Position numbers and translations under genes: made by a program
Shown here: positions 46,080 to 59,183 of the stretch, piece after piece
Layout: every line of letters begins with the position of its first letter
Position numbering within the stretch: position 1 is the first letter of the stretch
Notes under the pieces: generated by a model
Databases searched by the model: none
The model's input: only the letters and a program-made list of their open reading frames with translations
Told to the model about the DNA's origin: nothing
Assembly (NCBI GenBank): GCA_905233585.1
Contig: CAJOFD010000004.1
Coordinates: forward strand, 14,374 to 78,373
Direction: 5' to 3'
Origin: an uncultured Bacteroidales bacterium
GTDB taxonomy: Bacteria > Bacteroidota > Bacteroidia > Bacteroidales > WCHB1-69
DNA: 64,000 nt

Positions 46080-47267
46080 ATGGCCAAAGAGAAATTTGAA
46101 AGGACCAAAAACCATGTAAATATTGGTACAATTGGTCACATTGACCACGGTAAAACTACATTAACAGCAGCAATTACTCAAGTGCTTGCTAAAAAAGGTT
46201 GGTCAGAATTCAGAAGTTTTGATTCTATAGACAATGCTCCTGAAGAAAAAGAACGCGGTATAACTATTAATACTGCACACGTTGAATATCAAACAGAAAA
46301 TCGTCACTACGCTCACGTAGATTGCCCGGGACACGCTGACTATATTAAAAACATGGTAACAGGTGCTGCTCAAATGGACGGAGCTATCTTGGTGGTTGCT
46401 GCTACTGACGGTCCTATGCCACAAACAAGAGAACACATTCTTTTGGCAAAACAAGTTGGTGTGCCAAGAATGGTTGTTTTCATGAACAAATGTGACATGG
46501 TTGATGACCCAGAATTGTTAGACCTCGTTGAAATGGAAATTCGTGAATTATTATCATTCTACGGATTTGATGGTGATAACACTCCAGTTATTCGCGGTTC
46601 TGCTTTGGGTGGTTTGAATGACGATCCAAAATGGGTAGAAAAAATCGTTGAATTGATGAATGCCGTTGATACTTGGATTGAAATGCCTCAACGTGCTGTT
46701 GATAAAGATTTCTTAATGCCTATCGAAGACGTGTTCTCTATCACTGGTCGTGGTACTGTTGCTACAGGTCGTATTGAAACAGGTGTAATCAAAACTGGTG
46801 AACCTGTTGAAATTATCGGTATGGGTGCTGAAAAATTGAAATCAGTTGTTACTGGTGTTGAAATGTTCCGTAAAATATTGGACGAAGGTGAAGCAGGTGA
46901 TAATGCTGGTTTGTTATTGCGTGGTATTGACAAAGATGAAATCCGTCGTGGTATGGTTATCGCAAAACCAGGTTCCATCAAACCTCACAAACATTTCAAA
47001 GCTGAAGTTTATGTTTTGAAAAAAGAAGAAGGTGGACGTCATACTCCATTCCATAATAAATATCGTCCTCAATTCTATTTCAGAACAACTGATGTAACAG
47101 GTGAAATTACTTTACCAGAAGGCGTAGAAATGGTTATGCCAGGCGATAACTTGACAATCGAAGTTAATTTGATTGCTGAAATCGCATTGAATCTTAATCT
47201 ACGTTTTGCTATCCGTGAAGGTGGTAGAACTGTTGGTGCTGGTCAGGTAACTGAAATATTAGATTAG
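46080..47267 (+). CDS. tuf: Elongation factor Tu
   Basis: [25 protein letters not shown]. The EF-Tu pattern holds over the full length. Confidence 0.98.
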   Translation: MAKEKFERTKNHVNIGTIGHIDHGKTTLTAAITQVLAKKGWSEFRSFDSIDNAPEEKERGITINTAHVEYQTENRHYAHVDCPGHADYIKNMVTGAAQMDGAILVVAATDGPMPQTREHILLAKQVGVPRMVVFMNKCDMVDDPELLDLVEMEIRELLSFYGFDGDNTPVIRGSALGGLNDDPKWVEKIVELMNAVDTWIEMPQRAVDKDFLMPIEDVFSITGRGTVATGRIETGVIKTGEPVEIIGMGAEKLKSVVTGVEMFRKILDEGEAGDNAGLLLRGIDKDEIRRGMVIAKPGSIKPHKHFKAEVYVLKKEEGGRHTPFHNKYRPQFYFRTTDVTGEITLPEGVEMVMPGDNLTIEVNLIAEIALNLNLRFAIREGGRTVGAGQVTEILD

Positions 47268-47289
47268 TGATTTAATTGTTAATAAGATA

Positions 47290-47318
47290 AAAAAGAGACT
47301 CTTTTGAGTCTCTTTTTT
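47290..47318 (+). terminator. Hairpin plus T-run after tuf (likely partial terminator or processing site before tRNA-Trp)
   Basis: AGAGACTC-tttt-GAGTCTCT followed by TTTTT. tRNA-Trp starts at the next base. Confidence 0.7.
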
Positions 47319-47389
47319 AGGAGCATAGTTCAAGGGTAGAATAGAGGTCTCCAAAACCTTTGATGTGAGTTCGAATCTTACTGCTCCTG
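47319..47389 (+). tRNA. tRNA-Trp (anticodon CCA)
   Basis: AGGAGCATAGTTCAAGGGTAGAATAGAGGTCTCCAAAACCTTTGATGTGAGTTCGAATCTTACTGCTCCTG. Confidence 0.9.
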
Positions 47390-47412
47390 CTGTAAATAAT
47401 AATAATTATTAT

Positions 47413-47637
47413 ATGAAAATAGGTAATTACATACGAGAATCTTACGATGAATTGATGCATAAGGTATCTTGGCCGACATGGGCAGAACTGCAAAATAGTA
47501 CGGTGGTTGTTTTTGTCGCATCGTTGATTATTGCATTAATCGTATTCTTAATGGACTTTCTTTTTGGAGTGCAACATATTTCGTTTGGATCTTTCATTTG
47601 GAAAGGTTTGTTAGGTTTTTTGTATGGGGTTCAATAA
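47413..47637 (+). CDS. secE: Preprotein translocase subunit SecE
   Basis: MKIGNYIRESYDELMHKVSWPTWAELQNSTVVVFVASLIIALIVFLMD has a single TM segment in the conserved position between tRNA-Trp and nusG. The ORF-track GTG start at 47365 lies inside the tRNA. Confidence 0.85.
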   Translation: MKIGNYIRESYDELMHKVSWPTWAELQNSTVVVFVASLIIALIVFLMDFLFGVQHISFGSFIWKGLLGFLYGVQ

Positions 47638-47724
47638 AAGAAAGAATATATTGTAGAAATAATAACATCTTGCTTCCATAAGTTTTTCTTATATGAGATG
47701 TTAATAATAAAAAAGGTAATTTAA

Positions 47725-48285
47725 ATGGATAGTATGAGCGAAACAAACAGCAATTTACGTTGGTATGTGTTACGGACCGTTACGCAGCAAGAAAGGAAAG
47801 TGAAACTTCATATCGAAAGTGAGGTGGTAGCTTCTGGCCTTCAGGCTTTTGTGTCGCAAGTACTTATACCAATAGAAAAAGTTTTTCAGATTCGTAATGG
47901 TAAAAAAGTTACGAAAGAAAAAATTTTCTATCCGGGTTATGTATTTGTGGAAGCCGATTTAACTCAAGGAGAAGTAAAGCATTTGCTTAGACAAACTCCT
48001 GGGGTTTTAGGTTTTTTAGGCAATAATGATCCAGAACCATTACGTCAGACAGAAGTGATGCGTTTGTTAGGTAAGGTTGATGAACTTATTGAAAACGAGG
48101 AAGAAGTTGTCGGCACGTTTATGGTTGGTGAATCTATTGTAGTTACCGATGGTCCTTTTAATAGTTTTACCGGAGTGATTGAAGAAGTCAACAACGAAAA
48201 GAAAAAACTGAAAGTTACGGTGAAAATTTTTGGTAGAAAAGCCCCTTTGGAATTGAGTTTTTATCAAGTAGCCAAAGAGTCTTAA
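47725..48285 (+). CDS. nusG: Transcription termination/antitermination factor NusG
   Basis: WYVLRT..QERKV, FPGYVFVEA, and the C-terminal KOW motif GESIVVTDGPFNSFTGVIEEV. Confidence 0.95.
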   Translation: MDSMSETNSNLRWYVLRTVTQQERKVKLHIESEVVASGLQAFVSQVLIPIEKVFQIRNGKKVTKEKIFYPGYVFVEADLTQGEVKHLLRQTPGVLGFLGNNDPEPLRQTEVMRLLGKVDELIENEEEVVGTFMVGESIVVTDGPFNSFTGVIEEVNNEKKKLKVTVKIFGRKAPLELSFYQVAKES

Positions 48286-48341
48286 GTTCTTAAAATTATT
48301 GAAAAGATCAGTTAATAATTAATTTTTTAATCAATAAAAAA

Positions 48342-48791
48342 ATGGCAAAAGAAGTAGCAGGACTTATTAAATTACAGATTAAGGGCGGTGCTGCAAATCC
48401 ATCTCCTCCTGTCGGACCTGCATTGGGTGCAAAAGGCGTGAATATCATGGAATTCTGCAAGCAATTCAATGCTCGTACGCAAGTTCCGGAAATGGCAGGT
48501 AAGGTTATTCCGGTAATTATTACCGTGTACTCTGACAAGTCTTTCGATTTTATTGTTAAGACGCCGCCTGTTGCTGTTCAAATTATGGAAATGTCCAAAG
48601 CCAAAAAAGGTTCCTCTGAACCAAACAGAACAAAAGTAGCATCTATTACTTGGGATCAAGTTCGCCAAATAGCCGAGGGTAAAATGGTGGATATGAATTG
48701 CTTTGAAGTAGAAGCCGCAATGAGAATGGTGGCAGGAACAGCACGCAGTATGGGTGTAACGGTTAGTGGACCTAATCCATTTGAAAAATAG
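48342..48791 (+). CDS. rplK: 50S ribosomal protein L11
   Basis: [32 protein letters not shown]. Confidence 0.97.
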   Translation: MAKEVAGLIKLQIKGGAANPSPPVGPALGAKGVNIMEFCKQFNARTQVPEMAGKVIPVIITVYSDKSFDFIVKTPPVAVQIMEMSKAKKGSSEPNRTKVASITWDQVRQIAEGKMVDMNCFEVEAAMRMVAGTARSMGVTVSGPNPFEK

Positions 48792-48819
48792 TCGTTTAAA
48801 TTAAAAAAAGAATCAAAAA

Positions 48820-49515
48820 ATGGCAAAAGTATCGAAAAAACGCAAAGAGGCAGAAGCAAAACATGACCTTCGTCAAATTTATTCTCTCTCTGATGCAGTT
48901 CAAGTAGTAAAAGACATTACCTTTACAAAATTTGATGCTTCTATTGATATTGATGTACGTTTAGGCGTAGATCCACGAAAAGCCAATCAAATGGTAAGAG
49001 GTATTGTAACATTACCGCATGGCACAGGTAAAGTTGTGCGAGTTTTAGCATTAGTTACTCCTGATAAAGAAGAAGAAGCTAAAGCAGCGGGAGCCGAATA
49101 TGTTGGTTTAGACGATTACATCCAAAAAATTAAAGAAGGTTGGACCGATGTTGATGTAATCATCACAATGCCAAGTGTAATGCCTAAAATTGGTGCATTA
49201 GGAAAAATTTTAGGACCGCGTGGCTTAATGCCTAACCCTAAAACTGGTACCGTTACCATGGAAATAGGTAAGGCTGTAAATGAAGTTAAAGCGGGTAAAA
49301 TAGATTTCAAAGTAGATAAATATGGTATTATTCATACCTCTGTTGCAAGAATGTCTTTTTCAAAAGAGGCTATTCTTGATAATGCAAGAGAAGTGATTCA
49401 AACCATTATCAAATTGAAACCAACTGCAGCAAAGGGAACTTACATTAAAAGCATTTATATGTCTAGTACAATGAGTGCGGCTGTACAAATTGATCCAAAA
49501 TCAGTTACATTATAA
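48820..49515 (+). CDS. rplA: 50S ribosomal protein L1
   Basis: [24 protein letters not shown]...[21 protein letters not shown]. Confidence 0.97.
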   Translation: MAKVSKKRKEAEAKHDLRQIYSLSDAVQVVKDITFTKFDASIDIDVRLGVDPRKANQMVRGIVTLPHGTGKVVRVLALVTPDKEEEAKAAGAEYVGLDDYIQKIKEGWTDVDVIITMPSVMPKIGALGKILGPRGLMPNPKTGTVTMEIGKAVNEVKAGKIDFKVDKYGIIHTSVARMSFSKEAILDNAREVIQTIIKLKPTAAKGTYIKSIYMSSTMSAAVQIDPKSVTL

Positions 49516-49530
49516 AAATTGTAGTTAGTT

Positions 49531-50049
49531 ATGAGAAAAGAAAATAAAGCGATTATTATCGAAGAGATTGCAAATATCATCTCTAGTTACAACACGGTTT
49601 ATGTAGCTGATATTTCGGGTTTGACTGTTGAAAAGAGTAATGAGTTGAGAAAACTCTGTTTTAAGAAAGGTGTGCGTTTGAAAATGGTAAAAAACACTTT
49701 CTTGAAAAAAGCTTTGGAACAGTTAGATACTGATTATTCGGAATTGTATCCCGTGTTGCACGGAACTTCTGCAATTATGGTGTCTGAAACGGGAAATCTT
49801 CCGGCTCGCATCATTAAGACTTTCCGTGGAAAAAATCCTATTCCTGCAATTAAAGCAGCACATATTGATCAATGTGTGTATGTAGGAGATCAAGTGGACT
49901 TCTTAAGTAGTCTAAAATCGAGAGAAGAACTTATCGGCGATATTATTACTCTATTGCAATCACCTGCTAAAAATGTTGTTTCAGCATTGCAATCGGGTGG
50001 CAATAAGTTGTCTGGTATAGTAAAAACACTCTCAGAAAAAAATAATTAA
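49531..50049 (+). CDS. rplJ: 50S ribosomal protein L10
   Basis: Conserved position and L10 pattern (LR..C.K.GV.LKMVKNT). Confidence 0.93.
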   Translation: MRKENKAIIIEEIANIISSYNTVYVADISGLTVEKSNELRKLCFKKGVRLKMVKNTFLKKALEQLDTDYSELYPVLHGTSAIMVSETGNLPARIIKTFRGKNPIPAIKAAHIDQCVYVGDQVDFLSSLKSREELIGDIITLLQSPAKNVVSALQSGGNKLSGIVKTLSEKNN

Positions 50050-50081
50050 ATAATTGTATAACATTAAAAAAAGTAAATAAA

Positions 50082-50462
50082 ATGGCAGATTTGAAATCAT
50101 TTGCAGAACAATTGGTTAACTTAACCGTAAAAGAAGTTAATGAGTTAGCTCAAATATTGAAAGATGAATATGGTATTGAACCAGCCGCTGCAGCCGTAGC
50201 AGTAGCAGCAGGTCCAGCCGCTGGCGGTGCAGCCGAAGCAGCTGAAGAAAAAACATCTTTTGATGTAATTTTGAAAGAAGCTGGTGCTCAAAAATTGGCA
50301 GTTGTTAAATTGGTAAAAGAATTAACTAGTCTTGGTTTGAAAGAAGCTAAAGAATTAGTGGATTCAGCTCCTAAAGCTGTTAAAGAAGGCGTTTCTAAAG
50401 AAGAAGCTGAAGGCTTGAAAAAATCTTTGGAAGAAGCTGGTGCTAGCGTTGAAATAAAATAA
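50082..50462 (+). CDS. rplL: 50S ribosomal protein L7/L12
   Basis: An Ala-rich hinge followed by [48 protein letters not shown]. Confidence 0.97.
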   Translation: MADLKSFAEQLVNLTVKEVNELAQILKDEYGIEPAAAAVAVAAGPAAGGAAEAAEEKTSFDVILKEAGAQKLAVVKLVKELTSLGLKEAKELVDSAPKAVKEGVSKEEAEGLKKSLEEAGASVEIK

Positions 50463-50477
50463 CATAACGCTATTTTT

Positions 50478-50523
50478 ACGCATAAGATTCTCTATTTTTA
50501 TAGGGAGTCTTATGCGTGTTTTT
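50478..50523 (+). terminator. Strong hairpin plus T-run between rplL and rpoB (attenuator or partial terminator)
   Basis: ACGCATAAGATTCTCT-(8 nt)-AGGGAGTCTTATGCGT forms a 16-bp stem with 2 G:U pairs, followed by GTTTTT. Confidence 0.75.
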
Positions 50524-50577
50524 ACAAACAAACGACGTTCTTAAATTTTTTTCAAAAACATTTTAAAACCTAAAGCT

Positions 50578-53500
50578 TTGGTTAAAAATAACAAACGAAT
50601 AAGTTTTGCTACTGTAGATTCAGTAGAATGTCCCGATTTTTTAGATATACAATTAAAATCTTTTAGGGACTTTTTTCAAGTGGATACTAATCCTGAATTG
50701 AGATGTCAAGAAGGACTCCACAAGGTATTCATGGAAAATTTTCCAATTTCTGATACAAGAAATAGTTTTGTATTGGAATTTATGGATTATTTTGTAGATG
50801 CACCTCGTTATTCTATAGAGGAATGTATTGAAAGAGGTTTGACCTATAGTGTACCTCTTAAAGCAAAATTGCGTCTATATTGTACAGATGTTGAACACGA
50901 GGATTTCGAAACCATTATTCAAGAAGTTTATTTGGGATTGGTTCCATATATGACTCCCAAGGGAACTTTTATTATTAATGGTGCTGAACGTGTAGTTGTT
51001 TCCCAATTGCATCGTTCTCCTGGTGTATTCTTTGGTACCTCATATCATACCAATGGAACACAGTTGTATTCTGCTCGAATTATTCCTTTTAAAGGTTCGT
51101 GGATAGAATTTACAACAGATATTTCTAATGTTATGTATGCTTACATTGACAGAAAGAAAAAATTACCCGTAACGACTTTATTGCGTGCTATCGGATATGA
51201 AACCGATAAAGATATTTTGACTATTTTTGATATGGCCAATGAAATTAAGGCCAATAAAACCAATTTGAGAAAATATTTGGGTTCCAAATTGGCAGCAAGA
51301 GTCGTTAGAACTTGGAACGAAGATTTTGTTGATGAAGAAACTGGTGAAGTGGTAACAATTCCTCGTATCGAAGTTTTAATTGAACGGGAAGAAATTTTGG
51401 AAGAAAAACATATTAATTTGATTGTGGACAATGGTATTAAAACCATATTGATACACAAAGATGATCCAAGTCAAATTGATTATTCTATTATATTTAATAC
51501 TTTACAAAAAGATCCTTCAAATTCAGAAAAAGAAGCAATTGAATATATTTATATCCAGTTGCGTAGCACCAATCCACCTGATGAAGAAACTGCTCGTCAA
51601 GCATTGGATAAATTGTTCTTTTCTGATAAACGATACGATTTAGGAGAAGTTGGTCGTTATCGTATTAATAAAAAACTGAATTTGAACATTCCTCCTGATG
51701 TAAGAGTACTTACTAAAGAGGATATTATTTCTATTATCAAGCATTTGGTTGAATTAATCAATTCTAAAGCAGAAGTTGATGATATTGACCACTTGAGCAA
51801 CAGAAGAATTAGAACCGTTGGAGAACAATTATCATCTCAATTTGGTATTGGTTTGATGAGAATGACACGAACTATCAAAGATAGAATGAATGTTCGTGAT
51901 AATGAATTGTTTACGCCAATAGATTTGATAAATGCAAAAACATTAGCATCAGTTATCAATTCATTTTTTGGCACCAACCAACTTTCTCAATTTATGGACC
52001 AAACCAATCCTTTGGCAGAAGTTACTCACAAGCGAAGAATTTCTGCATTAGGTCAAGGTGGTTTGTCAAGGGATAGGGCAGGTTTTGAAGTTCGAGACGT
52101 TCATTATACGCACTATGGACGTTTATGTACAATTGAAACTCCTGAAGGTCCTAATATTGGTTTGATTTCATCATTGTGTGTATATGCAAAAATCAATAAT
52201 TTAGGATTTATAGAAACACCATATCGAAGAGTTGTTGATGGAAAAGTTGCTTTGAATGAACCATTGGTATATATGGGGGCAGAAGAAGAAGAAAACTTAA
52301 CCATTGCACAAGCAACAACACCATATGACAAAAAAACAGGTGAATTTAAAACGGATAGAATCAAGGCACGTAGAACCGCTGATTATCCTATTGTCGCACC
52401 AGACCAATTAGATGCCGTTGATGTTGCTCCAAACCAAATTGCATCAATTGCTGCTTCTTTGATTCCTTTTTTGGAACACGATGACGCAAACCGTGCTTTG
52501 ATGGGGTCAAACATGATGCGTCAAGCGGTGCCATTGTTGAAACCCGAGGCTCCAATTGTTGGAACTGGTATAGAAGAAAGTGTTGCTCGTTGTTCTCGTT
52601 CTCAAATATATGCAGAAGGAGAAGGTGAAGTTGATTATGTTGATGCAACACAAATAAGAATAAAATATGATAGAACGGAAGTTGATGATTTGGTAAGTTT
52701 CGATAATAATTTGAAAACTTATCATCTGATAAAACATCAAAGAACCAACCAAAGTACCTCTATTAATATTCAACCGATTGTACGTAGAGGGCAACGGGTT
52801 ACCAAAGGTCAGATTTTGACAGAAGGTTATGCTACTAAAGATGGTGAATTGGCATTAGGACGTAATCTTAAAGTTGCGTTTATGCCTTGGAAAGGGTATA
52901 ATTTTGAAGATGCTATTGTAATTTCCGAAAAAGTAGTAAAAGAGGATTGGTTTACTTCTATTCATGTAGATGAATATACTTTGGAAGTAAGGGAAACCAA
53001 ACGCGGTGCTGAAGAACTTACAAACGATATTCCTAATGTCGGTTTAGATGCAACCAAAAATCTTGATGAAAACGGATTGGTCTGCGTTGGTACTCATATT
53101 AAAGAAGGTGATATTCTTATCGGAAAAATTACACCTAAAGGCGAATCTTATCCGACACCGGAAGAAAAATTGCTTAGAGCGATATTCGGAGACAAAGCTG
53201 GTGATGTGAAAGATGCTTCATTAAAAGCACCACCATCAACAGAAGGCGTGGTTTTGGACAATAGATTGTTTTCACGTATTATGAAAATGAAAACAAGAAA
53301 AGGCAAAATCAAGGAGAAAGAAACCGTTAAAGATGTAGAAAATCAATTTGAAAAAGATGCAGATGCATTGAAAGACAAATTGGTACAGAAATTATATAAA
53401 ATACTTGAAGGTAAATTATCACATGGCGTTCAAGACAATATGGGTAACATATTGATACCAAGAGGACCGAAATTTTCACAAAAAGCATTATCAGCCATAG

Positions 53501-54387
53501 ATTATAATTGTGTGAATTTGACAAAATGGACAACTGATAACAAAGTAAATGCTTTGGTAGAGCGTGTCGTTCGCAATTATAGTGAAAAATATCGTGAATT
53601 GGTAGCCGTAACAACACGTAAGAAATTTGCGATTACCGTTGGTGATGAACTTCCATCTGGCATTGTTCAAATGGCAAAAGTTTATTTGGTTAGCAAACGT
53701 AAATTGCGTGTAGGTGATAAAATGGCAGGTCGTCATGGTAACAAAGGTATTGTTGCTAAAATTGTAAGAGAAGAAGATATGCCATTTATGGAAGATGGAA
53801 CTCCGATGGATATTGTATTGAACCCTCTAGGTGTGCCTTCTCGTATGAATATTGGGCAGATATATGAAACCATATTGGGTTGGGCAGGTAAAATATTGGA
53901 CAAAAAGTTTGCTACCCCAATTTTTGATGGTGCTACTATTGATGATGTTAATCGTTATTTAAAAGAAGCAAATTTGCCTGAAAATGGTAGTGTATATTTA
54001 TACGATGGTGGTACTGGTGATAGATTTGAACAACCTGTAACAGTTGGTTATATATACATGTTGAAATTGCATCATATGGTTGATGATAAGATGCATGCCC
54101 GTTCAATTGGACCGTATTCTTTGATAACACAACAACCATTAGGTGGTAAGGCTCAATTTGGTGGACAACGTTTTGGAGAAATGGAGGTTTGGGCATTAGA
54201 AGCATTTGGTGCTGCCAATATTCTTCGTGAAATATTGACCATAAAATCTGATGATGTGAATGGACGTGCAAAAACCTATGAAGCAATTGTGAAAGGTGAA
54301 GTTGCACCAACCCCAGGTTTACCAGAGTCGTTCAATGTATTAGTAAATGAATTACGTAGTTTATGTTTAGAATTAACATTTGACTAA
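50578..54387 (+). CDS. rpoB: DNA-directed RNA polymerase subunit beta
   Basis: Full-length RpoB pattern, for example [22 protein letters not shown], the rifampicin-region [21 protein letters not shown], and [19 protein letters not shown]. The TTG start is provisional. Confidence 0.97.
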   Translation: MVKNNKRISFATVDSVECPDFLDIQLKSFRDFFQVDTNPELRCQEGLHKVFMENFPISDTRNSFVLEFMDYFVDAPRYSIEECIERGLTYSVPLKAKLRLYCTDVEHEDFETIIQEVYLGLVPYMTPKGTFIINGAERVVVSQLHRSPGVFFGTSYHTNGTQLYSARIIPFKGSWIEFTTDISNVMYAYIDRKKKLPVTTLLRAIGYETDKDILTIFDMANEIKANKTNLRKYLGSKLAARVVRTWNEDFVDEETGEVVTIPRIEVLIEREEILEEKHINLIVDNGIKTILIHKDDPSQIDYSIIFNTLQKDPSNSEKEAIEYIYIQLRSTNPPDEETARQALDKLFFSDKRYDLGEVGRYRINKKLNLNIPPDVRVLTKEDIISIIKHLVELINSKAEVDDIDHLSNRRIRTVGEQLSSQFGIGLMRMTRTIKDRMNVRDNELFTPIDLINAKTLASVINSFFGTNQLSQFMDQTNPLAEVTHKRRISALGQGGLSRDRAGFEVRDVHYTHYGRLCTIETPEGPNIGLISSLCVYAKINNLGFIETPYRRVVDGKVALNEPLVYMGAEEEENLTIAQATTPYDKKTGEFKTDRIKARRTADYPIVAPDQLDAVDVAPNQIASIAASLIPFLEHDDANRALMGSNMMRQAVPLLKPEAPIVGTGIEESVARCSRSQIYAEGEGEVDYVDATQIRIKYDRTEVDDLVSFDNNLKTYHLIKHQRTNQSTSINIQPIVRRGQRVTKGQILTEGYATKDGELALGRNLKVAFMPWKGYNFEDAIVISEKVVKEDWFTSIHVDEYTLEVRETKRGAEELTNDIPNVGLDATKNLDENGLVCVGTHIKEGDILIGKITPKGESYPTPEEKLLRAIFGDKAGDVKDASLKAPPSTEGVVLDNRLFSRIMKMKTRKGKIKEKETVKDVENQFEKDADALKDKLVQKLYKILEGKLSHGVQDNMGNILIPRGPKFSQKALSAIDYNCVNLTKWTTDNKVNALVERVVRNYSEKYRELVAVTTRKKFAITVGDELPSGIVQMAKVYLVSKRKLRVGDKMAGRHGNKGIVAKIVREEDMPFMEDGTPMDIVLNPLGVPSRMNIGQIYETILGWAGKILDKKFATPIFDGATIDDVNRYLKEANLPENGSVYLYDGGTGDRFEQPVTVGYIYMLKLHHMVDDKMHARSIGPYSLITQQPLGGKAQFGGQRFGEMEVWALEAFGAANILREILTIKSDDVNGRAKTYEAIVKGEVAPTPGLPESFNVLVNELRSLCLELTFD

Positions 54388-54433
54388 TACAGAGTAGTTA
54401 ATATAATTTTGAATTTGTTTATACAAGAGAATC

Positions 54434-57400
54434 ATGGCTTTCAGAAAAGATAATAATGTACGAAAAGATTTTTCAAAAATTACGATAAGTTTGGCTTCAC
54501 CTGAACTGATATTAGAACGATCCAAAGGAGAAGTAACTAAGCCTGAAACCATTAATTATCGTACCTATAAATCAGAACGTGATGGTTTGTTCTGTGAAAG
54601 AATATTTGGTCCGATAAAAGATTGGGAATGTCATTGCGGAAAATACAAACGGATTCGTTATAAAGGTGTTATTTGCGATCATTGTGGTGTAGAGGTAACA
54701 GAAAGGAAAGTACGTAGAGAACGTATGGGACATATTCAATTGGTAATACCTGTTGCCCATATTTGGTTTTTCAAATCTTTGCCTAATCGTTTGGGCTTGT
54801 TTGTCGGTTTGCCTTCAAAAGCATTAGAAGCAATCATTTATTATGAAAGATATGTGGTTATTCAACCGGGAGCAGCAGCTGAATTGGGGGCATCTCGTTT
54901 GGATTTGCTTCAAGAAGAAGAATATATGGACTATTTGGACAAACTTCCAAAAGAAAATCAATTGTTGGAAGATTCTGACCCCAATAAATTTATTGCCAAA
55001 ATGGGGGCAGAAGCCATTCAAGATTTGATTTGCCAAATAGATATAGACAAAGAATCTTACGAATTAAGAGATAAAGCAAATAAAGAGACATCTCAACAAC
55101 GTAAACATGAAATTTTAAAACGTTTGCATGTTTTTGAATCATTTAGAGACAGTCGCAAACGTATGGAAAATAAACCGGAATGGATGATTGTTAAAGTTAT
55201 TCCGGTTATTCCACCAGAATTAAGACCCTTGGTACCATTAGATGGTGGACGTTTTGCTACATCAGATTTAAATGAATTGTATCGTAGGGTTATTATTAGA
55301 AATAATCGGCTAAAACGTTTGATTGAAATCAAGGCTCCTGATGTAATTATGCGTAATGAAAAACGTATGTTGCAAGAGGCTGTTGATTCATTGTTTGATA
55401 ATTCAAAGAAATCAGTATTTAAATCAGAGGCTCGCCCGTTGAAATCATTGTCTGATAGTTTAAAAGGTAAACAAGGTCGTTTCCGTCAAAACTTATTAGG
55501 TAAACGTGTGGATTATTCAGGTCGTTCTGTAATTGTTGTAGGTCCTGATTTAAAATTAAACGAATGTGGTTTGCCAAAAGAAATGGCTTCTGAATTATTC
55601 AAACCATTTATAATCAGAAAGTTATTGGAGAGAGGTATTGTGAAAACGGTAAAATCGGCCAAGAAAATAGTTGATAGAAAAGATCCTGTTGTTTGGGATA
55701 TTCTGGAAAATATATTAAAAGGTCATCCAGTTTTGTTAAACCGTGCTCCGACCTTGCACCGTCTTGGTATTCAAGCATTCCAACCTAAGTTGGTTGAGGG
55801 TAAAGCTATTAGATTGCACCCCTTGTGTTGTACCGCTTTCAATGCCGACTTTGATGGTGACCAAATGGCTGTACACGTTCCTCTTGGCAATGCTGCTATA
55901 TTGGAAGCACAAATGTTGATGTTGGCTTCTCATAATATATTAAATCCAGCTAACGGTGCTCCTGTTACAGTGCCTTCTCAAGATATGGTACTTGGGTTGT
56001 ATTACATTACCAAACCTTTGCGTTCTACTGAAACAATGAAAGTGAAGGGAGAAGGTATGGTATTTTATTCTCAAGAAGAAGTTGTAATGGCACATGCTGA
56101 AAACAAAGTGCATACCAATGCTGTTATCAAATGTCGTGTAAATAAAGACGGAGACGGCAAAATGCAGTTGATAGAAACAACAGTCGGTAGAGTTTTGTTC
56201 AATAGAGTAGTGCCTGATGAATTTGGTTTTATTAATGAATTATTGACCAAAAAAGCATTAAGAAATATTATCGGTGAAGTTTTGAAAAAGACAGGGACTG
56301 CAAAAACTGCCAAATTCCTTGATGATATAAAAGACTTGGGATATTTGATGGCATTTAAAGGCGGTTTGTCTTTTAATTTGGGTGATGTTATTATCCCTGA
56401 AGAAAAAGCCAATTTGATAAAAGAGGCTAACGACCAAGTAGATGAAGTTACGATGCATTATCATGGCGGTTTGATTACTGACACCGAAAGATACAATAAA
56501 GTAATTGATATTTGGACACATACAAATGCTAAATTGAGTCGGATTTTGTTAGATAAATTATCTAAAGACAGACAAGGATTCAATTCAGTATATATGATGT
56601 TGGATTCTGGTGCCCGTGGTTCTCAAGAACAGATTCGTCAGTTATCAGGTATGCGTGGTTTGATGGCAAAACCAACCAAAGCAGGTGTTTCTGGTGGTGA
56701 AATTATTGAAAACCCCATTCTTTCTAACTTTAAAGAGGGTTTGTCAGTGTTGGAATACTTTATTTCTACACACGGTGCTCGTAAAGGTTTGGCCGATACC
56801 GCTTTGAAGACTGCCGATGCAGGTTATTTGACAAGACGTTTGGTTGATGTGGCTCATGATGTAGTTATTACAGATGAAGATTGTGGTACATTGAGAGGTC
56901 TATTGGTTACTGCATTAAAGAAAAATGATGAAGTGGTTGAATCCTTGTACGATAGAATTCTTGGACGTACTACCTTGCATGATGTTTATCATCCGGAAAC
57001 AGGTGAACTCATTGTTAAAGAAGGTGAAGAATTGACCGAAGAAATTGCAAAACAAATCGAAGATGCAGGCGTGGAAGAATTGGAAATACGTTCCGTACTT
57101 ACCTGTGAATCCAAACATGGTGTTTGTGCAAAATGTTATGGTCGAAACTTGGCAACTTCAAAAATGGTTCAAAAAGGTGAGGCTGTTGGTGTTATTGCCG
57201 CTCAATCAATTGGTGAACCTGGTACACAGTTAACATTGAGAACATTCCACGTGGGTGGTGTTGCAGGTAACTTGAGTGTTCAGGCAGATGTAAAAGCAAA
57301 AGTTGATGGTCAAATCGAATTTGATGAATTGAGAACAGTTGCTGTTGTTGCTGAAGATAAAGATACAGGTGAAACTATAAATTGCGATAGAGTAATCGGT

Positions 57401-58714
57401 CGTTCCGCTGAAATGAAAATTGTGGATAAGACTGGATTGATCTTGATGACGGCCAACATTCCTTATGGCTCATTCTTGTATTTCAAAGAAGGCGATTATG
57501 TGAAAAAAGGAAGTGTAATTGCTGCGTGGGAAGCATTTAACGCATTGATTATTTCTGAAGTTTCAGGACAGGTTGTTTTCAATGATATTATAGAAGCGGT
57601 TACCTATAGAACCGAAACCGACGAACAAACGGGTATGACTTCTAAGATTATTATGGAAAGTCGTCAAAAAACCAAGAGCCCATCAATGAGAATTGTTGAT
57701 AAAAACGGAGATGTATTAAAAGAATACGATATTCCTGTTGGTGCTCGTTTGGAAGTAAATGATGGTGATATGGTAGAAGCTGGTGGTATCTTGGTAAAAA
57801 TACCAAGAACATTTGGAAAAACAGGCGATATTACTGGTGGTTTGCCACGTGTAACCGAATTGTTTGAAGCCAGAAATCCTTCTAATCCTGCTGTTGTTGC
57901 TGAAATTGACGGTGTTGTTTCGTTCAGCAAAAAATTGAAGAGAGGTAATCGTGAAGTTATTATCACCTCCAAAACAGGAGAAGAAAAGAGATACCTTATC
58001 TCTACTTCCAAACAAATTTTGGCACAAGAAAATGACTTTGTTAGAGCCGGTACCCCATTGTCGGAGGGTTCTTTGACTCCTGCAGATATTTTGGCTATCG
58101 GCGGACCTATGAAAGTTCAAGAATATATTGTAAATGAAATTCAAGAGGTTTATCGTTTGCAAGGTGTGAAAATCAATGACAAACACTTTGAGGTAATTGT
58201 TCGCCAAATGATGAGAAAAGTGGAAATAGAAGATCCAGGTGATACTCGTTTCCTTGAAGGAGAATTGATTAATAAAGTTGATTTCCATGAAGAAAATGAC
58301 GAAATTTGGGATAAGAAAGTCGTTGTCGAAACTGGAGATTCAACACGTTATCAAAAAGGTCAGATTTTGACAGCCAGAGAAGTAAAAGAAGAAAATTCTG
58401 CTCTTAAACGTCAAGACAAACAATTGATGGAAGTAAGAGACGCTTCGCCTGCAACGGGGAAACAAGTGCTTCAAGGTATAACAAGAGCATCGTTACAAAC
58501 ACGCAGTTTCATTTCTGCCGCTTCATTCCAAGAAACAACAAAAGTATTGACAGAAGCCGCTATCAATGCTAAAATTGATGATTTGGAAGGGTTGAAAGAA
58601 AATGTTATAGTAGGTAAACTTATTCCATGTGGAACAGGCTTGAAAGATTATAATAATATTATAGTGGGTTCTGCAGAAGAATATGCAAATTTGATGGCAT
58701 CTAAACAAAAATAA
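54434..58714 (+). CDS. rpoC: DNA-directed RNA polymerase subunit beta'
   Basis: Zinc-finger [23 protein letters not shown], catalytic NADFDGDQM, and trigger-loop and bridge-helix regions. Confidence 0.98.
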   Translation: MAFRKDNNVRKDFSKITISLASPELILERSKGEVTKPETINYRTYKSERDGLFCERIFGPIKDWECHCGKYKRIRYKGVICDHCGVEVTERKVRRERMGHIQLVIPVAHIWFFKSLPNRLGLFVGLPSKALEAIIYYERYVVIQPGAAAELGASRLDLLQEEEYMDYLDKLPKENQLLEDSDPNKFIAKMGAEAIQDLICQIDIDKESYELRDKANKETSQQRKHEILKRLHVFESFRDSRKRMENKPEWMIVKVIPVIPPELRPLVPLDGGRFATSDLNELYRRVIIRNNRLKRLIEIKAPDVIMRNEKRMLQEAVDSLFDNSKKSVFKSEARPLKSLSDSLKGKQGRFRQNLLGKRVDYSGRSVIVVGPDLKLNECGLPKEMASELFKPFIIRKLLERGIVKTVKSAKKIVDRKDPVVWDILENILKGHPVLLNRAPTLHRLGIQAFQPKLVEGKAIRLHPLCCTAFNADFDGDQMAVHVPLGNAAILEAQMLMLASHNILNPANGAPVTVPSQDMVLGLYYITKPLRSTETMKVKGEGMVFYSQEEVVMAHAENKVHTNAVIKCRVNKDGDGKMQLIETTVGRVLFNRVVPDEFGFINELLTKKALRNIIGEVLKKTGTAKTAKFLDDIKDLGYLMAFKGGLSFNLGDVIIPEEKANLIKEANDQVDEVTMHYHGGLITDTERYNKVIDIWTHTNAKLSRILLDKLSKDRQGFNSVYMMLDSGARGSQEQIRQLSGMRGLMAKPTKAGVSGGEIIENPILSNFKEGLSVLEYFISTHGARKGLADTALKTADAGYLTRRLVDVAHDVVITDEDCGTLRGLLVTALKKNDEVVESLYDRILGRTTLHDVYHPETGELIVKEGEELTEEIAKQIEDAGVEELEIRSVLTCESKHGVCAKCYGRNLATSKMVQKGEAVGVIAAQSIGEPGTQLTLRTFHVGGVAGNLSVQADVKAKVDGQIEFDELRTVAVVAEDKDTGETINCDRVIGRSAEMKIVDKTGLILMTANIPYGSFLYFKEGDYVKKGSVIAAWEAFNALIISEVSGQVVFNDIIEAVTYRTETDEQTGMTSKIIMESRQKTKSPSMRIVDKNGDVLKEYDIPVGARLEVNDGDMVEAGGILVKIPRTFGKTGDITGGLPRVTELFEARNPSNPAVVAEIDGVVSFSKKLKRGNREVIITSKTGEEKRYLISTSKQILAQENDFVRAGTPLSEGSLTPADILAIGGPMKVQEYIVNEIQEVYRLQGVKINDKHFEVIVRQMMRKVEIEDPGDTRFLEGELINKVDFHEENDEIWDKKVVVETGDSTRYQKGQILTAREVKEENSALKRQDKQLMEVRDASPATGKQVLQGITRASLQTRSFISAASFQETTKVLTEAAINAKIDDLEGLKENVIVGKLIPCGTGLKDYNNIIVGSAEEYANLMASKQK

Positions 58715-58716
58715 TT

Positions 58717-59034
58717 ATGGCAGACGAAGATAACAAAGGGCAAAAAATTGACATTACTTTAGGTGAAGATGTTGCTGATGGTGTTTATGCCAATTTGGCA
58801 ATAATAACGCATTCGCATTCGGAATTTATTGTGGATTTCGTTGCATTGATGCCGGGAGTAACCAAAGGTAAAGTTAAATCAAGAGTAATCTTAACTCCTC
58901 AGCATGCAAAAAGATTGTTGCTTGCTTTAGATGAAAATATCAAGCGTTACGAAAGTATGCACGGACAGATTCAAGATTATGACGACCCAAGAGCTTTGCC
59001 CCTAAATCTTGGTAGAACCAAAGGTGATGCCTAA
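58717..59034 (+). CDS. DUF3467-family protein
   Basis: YANLAIITHSHSEFIVDFVALMPG...KSRVILTPQHAKRLLLAL. It sits directly after rpoC, which is the conserved Bacteroidota position. Confidence 0.75.
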   Translation: MADEDNKGQKIDITLGEDVADGVYANLAIITHSHSEFIVDFVALMPGVTKGKVKSRVILTPQHAKRLLLALDENIKRYESMHGQIQDYDDPRALPLNLGRTKGDA

Positions 59035-59045
59035 ACAATAAAAAA

Positions 59046-59071
59046 AGCGTGTGTTAAACACGCTTTTTTTT
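59046..59071 (+). terminator. Rho-independent terminator of the rpoBC operon
   Basis: AGCGTGT-gttaa-ACACGCT followed by TTTTTTTT. Confidence 0.85.
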
Positions 59072-59183
59072 ATTTAAAATAGCCTTATTTATTTTTCATG
59101 AAAAATAATAAACTTCCTATTATTATACTCATAAAAAAATTGTACTTTTGTATTTACAAATATGATTTGATACCGATAAATTT

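Noticed and set aside
47365-47412. The ORF track gives a GTG start for secE.
   Set aside because: It lies inside tRNA-Trp. The ATG at 47413 gives a typical ~74-aa SecE.
50190-50260. An Ala-rich GC-rich stretch in rplL ([22 protein letters not shown]) could be an unusual repeat.
   Set aside because: This is the normal flexible hinge of L7/L12.
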